From Antedon mediterranea (taxonomy: Eukaryota > Animalia > Echinodermata): a stretch of DNA of 64,000 bases. The translations under genes and the position numbers were made by a program. Numbering within the stretch: the first letter of the stretch is position 1; the number at the start of each line of letters is the position of its first letter. The DNA is taken from NCBI RefSeq assembly GCF_964355755.1, contig NC_092677.1, forward strand, positions 23,175,175 through 23,239,174, given 5' to 3'. This document shows positions 1 to 64,000 of this stretch, piece by piece. The notes beneath the pieces are model-generated. The model was given only the letters and a program-made list of their open reading frames with translations, was not told where the DNA came from and did not search any database.

Positions 1-232
1 AACAAAGTAAACATCAAGGTGTGTTATCAACTTCGGCCTACGAATTGAACACAAAGACATCAATTGTATACGGCCTTGACAATGATATTGTAGAGAACTA
101 AAAGTTGAACCTGTCCTTTGAAAAGTTTAAACCTAGTGTAACGTTTCGTTTCGGTGAATAAGTATTCCAAGGCGTATTTAAAAACTATTGTATTGGACGA
201 TATAGTATCGTATAAGGCAATCCGTTATCTAC
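1..232 (+). repeat. Direct repeat copy A of the segment at 2813-3047
   Basis: Shared blocks cttcggcctacgaattgaacacaaa ... gttatctact. Confidence 0.9.
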
Positions 233-382
233 TGAACCACAAAATAATACTAAAGTTGAGTAGTCTACACTTTCAATAACGGACTTATAGAAAAGTGTCG
301 TAATGAAAGGTTCCACTCCGAAGGATTTAAGTCTACGTAAAAAGTAAAGGCGTTGTTGGGCCTTTTTAGTACACTTTTTTTG

Positions 383-964
383 TTATCTTATGTGGGTTCA
401 TCTCACTTTTATTTCCATATATGTTCTCTTTACATATATTTTTCTCTAAACTTTTTCATTTCAATACACTATACATATTATTATATTTCATTTGTTTACA
501 CATTATCACATTGATTTTTGTTTTTATCTTTTCTCTTCATAGTTTCCTCTTTTTATAATATTATCTATAATACATTTTCATTGACAAAGCTTTCATACAA
601 TTATATAATGTATTCTATGTTTAATAAATCCATCTAATTTAATATCTCCTATGGGCTTGTAAGTCCAATTTTATCTTTCTTTGGATTAATCTATGCAAAC
701 ATATTTTCATTTAACAATACATATTTTTTCTTATACCTCACCAACTATTTACTGTAAACATAATATTTTTCTCATCCTTTACCATTGATTTTTTTGTTTA
801 ATAATATTAACAAAATATATTTCCACAGATTACCCTTTATATAACCCATCAAATTTTCATCTACCTTTTCTTATTTTTTTTTTCTTTTTTCATTCCACGT
901 TTTTTATACTTCTTTTCTTTTAATATATTTCCATATTCTTTTGTTTATACATACATTATCATTT
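383..964. repeat. Dispersed AT-rich repeat, second copy at about 25466-26100
   Basis: Colinear matches such as ctcaccaactatttactgtaaacataatatt and catattcttttgtttatacatacattatcattt. Confidence 0.85.
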
Positions 965-1199
965 AACAAATTTATGTTTAATAATATATTAATAGATCAT
1001 TCATTGTATCTCATTAACATTTGTTCTTCCCTTACATGTAATCTGATTGAACATACCCATGTATACCTGCAGATTTACATATTTCTTATCTTTTACCTAC
1101 AATTGTAGGAGATTGATTTCTTTTCTTTTCCCATTAAACTTAATATCTTTACTTTATAAATACAGAATGCACCTAAAGTGTATAATTTATTTACGTAAT

Positions 1200-2080
1200 T
1201 GTTGTCAGTTCAAATAAAAGCCTTTTGAAAGAAAAAAACAGGAATATGTATGCTTACTTCTCTAGTTATTCTGTTTATCTCTCTCCATAGACATTTTACT
1301 GTTATACACTCTGCTAACATATGTTATCATTCTCAATAACATTGCATGTACCACAATTTGGAGAATTTACAAGGTTCCACTTATGTAATCTTTCGGTTGT
1401 AGGCAATATTCTGTGCAACAATTTAAAATTAAAATGTGTCAGTTTTTTTTTCTTTAAAGATGTATTGTCCCCTGAAAAAATAATTATTAAAAAAATGTTT
1501 TTTTAATGTCATTTTAATGTCATCTAATAGTTATCCACTTGGACCAAAAATTGGATCGAAAAGAAAATGTATTTACCTAAAAAACTGTAATTTAAAACAC
1601 AAAGTAGTCAAATTGACTGCCAGCCAATGGGTTTTTGGTTGAACCATTTATTTTGCTATTTTATAAGTGAAACCATTAATTTTTTCTGGGTTTTTTTCTA
1701 CAGAAGTGATTAACTTTATTAAAACTACAAAATAATCTATTTTATTAAACTTTATTTTTCTTTTTTTTTTTAGGGAAAATACATCTTTAAGACCAGAAAC
1801 TTTCTTAACCCATATTTTTTTCCATGGCAGATTACTATATAAATATTGAGCATCTATTATGAGTCTATATAATTGTATAGACGTCATAATTAAGACCGTA
1901 TTGTTTGTAATAGGTATATCATCATTTACATTAATGTCACATGTTGATTTTAAAATACATTTCCATTCTTTTGGAATGGCTTTCAATATACAAGAATATT
2001 CACTGATCCAATTTTGTGTACATCTTAACCCTCTTGTTATCTCTATCGCAGGCTTAAACAGTACAGTTGGTAATATGATC
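1200..2080 (-). mobile_element. Decayed L1/Tx1-type LINE ORF2 3' fragment
   Basis: ILKAIPKEWK...LPWKKIW and zf-RVT-like FNFKLLHRILPTTERLHKWNLVNSPNCGTC on the minus strand. Confidence 0.75.
1458..1786. mobile_element. Kolobok-like MITE nested in the LINE fragment
   Basis: TTAA on both sides; TIRs AGATGTATT.TCCC / GGGAAAATACATCT; purine-purine terminus. Confidence 0.75.
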
Positions 2081-2290
2081 GTGTCATTAGTGATCACCAC
2101 ACCAAGAAACTTAAAATTGTCTACATGTTTAACTTGAGAGTTATTTATATTATAATTAAACATAGAGCGGAAATTTATTTATTTTTTCTAAAGTCGACAA
2201 CGATTTCCTTGGTTTTATTAACATTTAATATTAGGTTGTTCTCAGCACACCCACGTATTGTGTTATCGACCCGAGTTCGGTACTCTATCT
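2081..2290 (-). mobile_element. Rex1/CR1-group LINE reverse transcriptase fragment
   Basis: CAENNLILNVNKTKEIVVDFRK...VDNFKFLGVVI, frameshifted. Confidence 0.75.
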
Positions 2291-2812
2291 CCTCATTATT
2301 TTTTATGAGCCCTGCAATTTTACATCCCTGTTTAATGAATATGTTGAACATTTTGTAGTCTGGTGTAAACAAAAAATTACAACATACACACTCACCAAAA
2401 ACTATATTTTATAGTCTAATTTAAACCGTTCACCAAAACCAACCTGAAAGTGTCTCAGTTTTAAAACGTAAATATGACATGTCATTTTTAATAATATCTA
2501 CCTCAATCACTGTTTACGTGTCAGCGTGTCATAATAGGACTATTACATATGAGTTGTTTTCTATATCTCATCGCCAAACATCCAAGTTTGTGTTAGGTTA
2601 TAACACCTATTTAAAATGACGAATATCTAGCTGAGATATCGGCAGCCCGTAAAATCCTTTGGTCACACGATCCCAAGAAGATCGTAGTGCTCTCATGCGA
2701 ATTCGAACATCTTTTGTTGAATATTAATATTATCCTTTCAATCGGGAAACCCAACATTGGTTTTGCCTCAGAAAAATAATTTAGTTTTAAAAAGGATTAA
2801 TGATAGTTACCG

Positions 2813-3047
2813 AAAAGTCATTATCAAGAAAGTGTGTTAACCACTTCGGCCTACGAATTGAACACAAATCAATCAATTGTATACGGCCTTGACAATAATA
2901 TTGTAGAGAAGGTAAAAGTTAACGCGTCCTTTGAAAAGTTTAAACCTAGTGTAACGTTTCGTTTCGGTGAATAAGTATTCTAAGGCGTATTTAAAAACTA
3001 TTGTATTAAAAGATTATATTATCATATAAAGCAATCGGTTATCTACT
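2813..3047 (+). repeat. Direct repeat copy B, overlapping the putative promoter
   Basis: Same blocks as 1-232. Confidence 0.9.
3025..3030 (+). promoter_or_regulatory. Candidate TATA box
   Basis: TATAAA about 105 bp upstream of the signal-peptide ATG; weak evidence given the AT-rich background. Confidence 0.3.
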
Positions 3048-3131
3048 AATATTAATAGTCTTGAAAGAAACACCACCATAAACAGCATCTACCATATAGA
3101 GTGTTTTCATTACGGTATTGCTGATAACAAC

Positions 3132-63913
<60,782 letters not shown>

Positions 63914-64000
63914 GTATGTAATTGTCTAAATGTTATAATGATGATAATAATTTATAGGCCTAATGTAAATTAAAATATTTATAATGATAACGATGATGAC

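Overview
This is AT-rich animal genomic DNA, probably from a marine invertebrate deuterostome such as an echinoderm (inference). It is dominated by one very large + strand gene that starts at a signal-peptide exon (ATG 3132) and runs off the right edge. I traced 57 GT-AG exons by hand, about 11.5 kb of CDS or about 3,800 aa in the window. They encode a secreted mosaic polyprotease: 22 LDLa repeats, 7 CUB domains and five S1 serine-protease domains (three Gly189 non-tryptic, two Asp189 tryptic). These are followed by a HYR-like domain, a CILP/FAM171-like region, two copies of an unnamed Cys-rich module, a 14-aa mucin repeat and the start of a SEA domain. The gene was built by nested tandem duplication. 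One extra LDLa-CUB-LDLa-LDLa-protease module (13.3-26.4 kb) carries both visible lesions, a 2.3-kb CAC...GTG transposon inside an exon and a lost splice donor followed by a stop, and it can be skipped in frame. Introns hold LINE fragments, SINEs, MITEs, Helentron-like elements and a roughly 4-kb 20-bp satellite whose two-copy seed survives in the paralogous intron. All exon calls are manual and have no transcript support.
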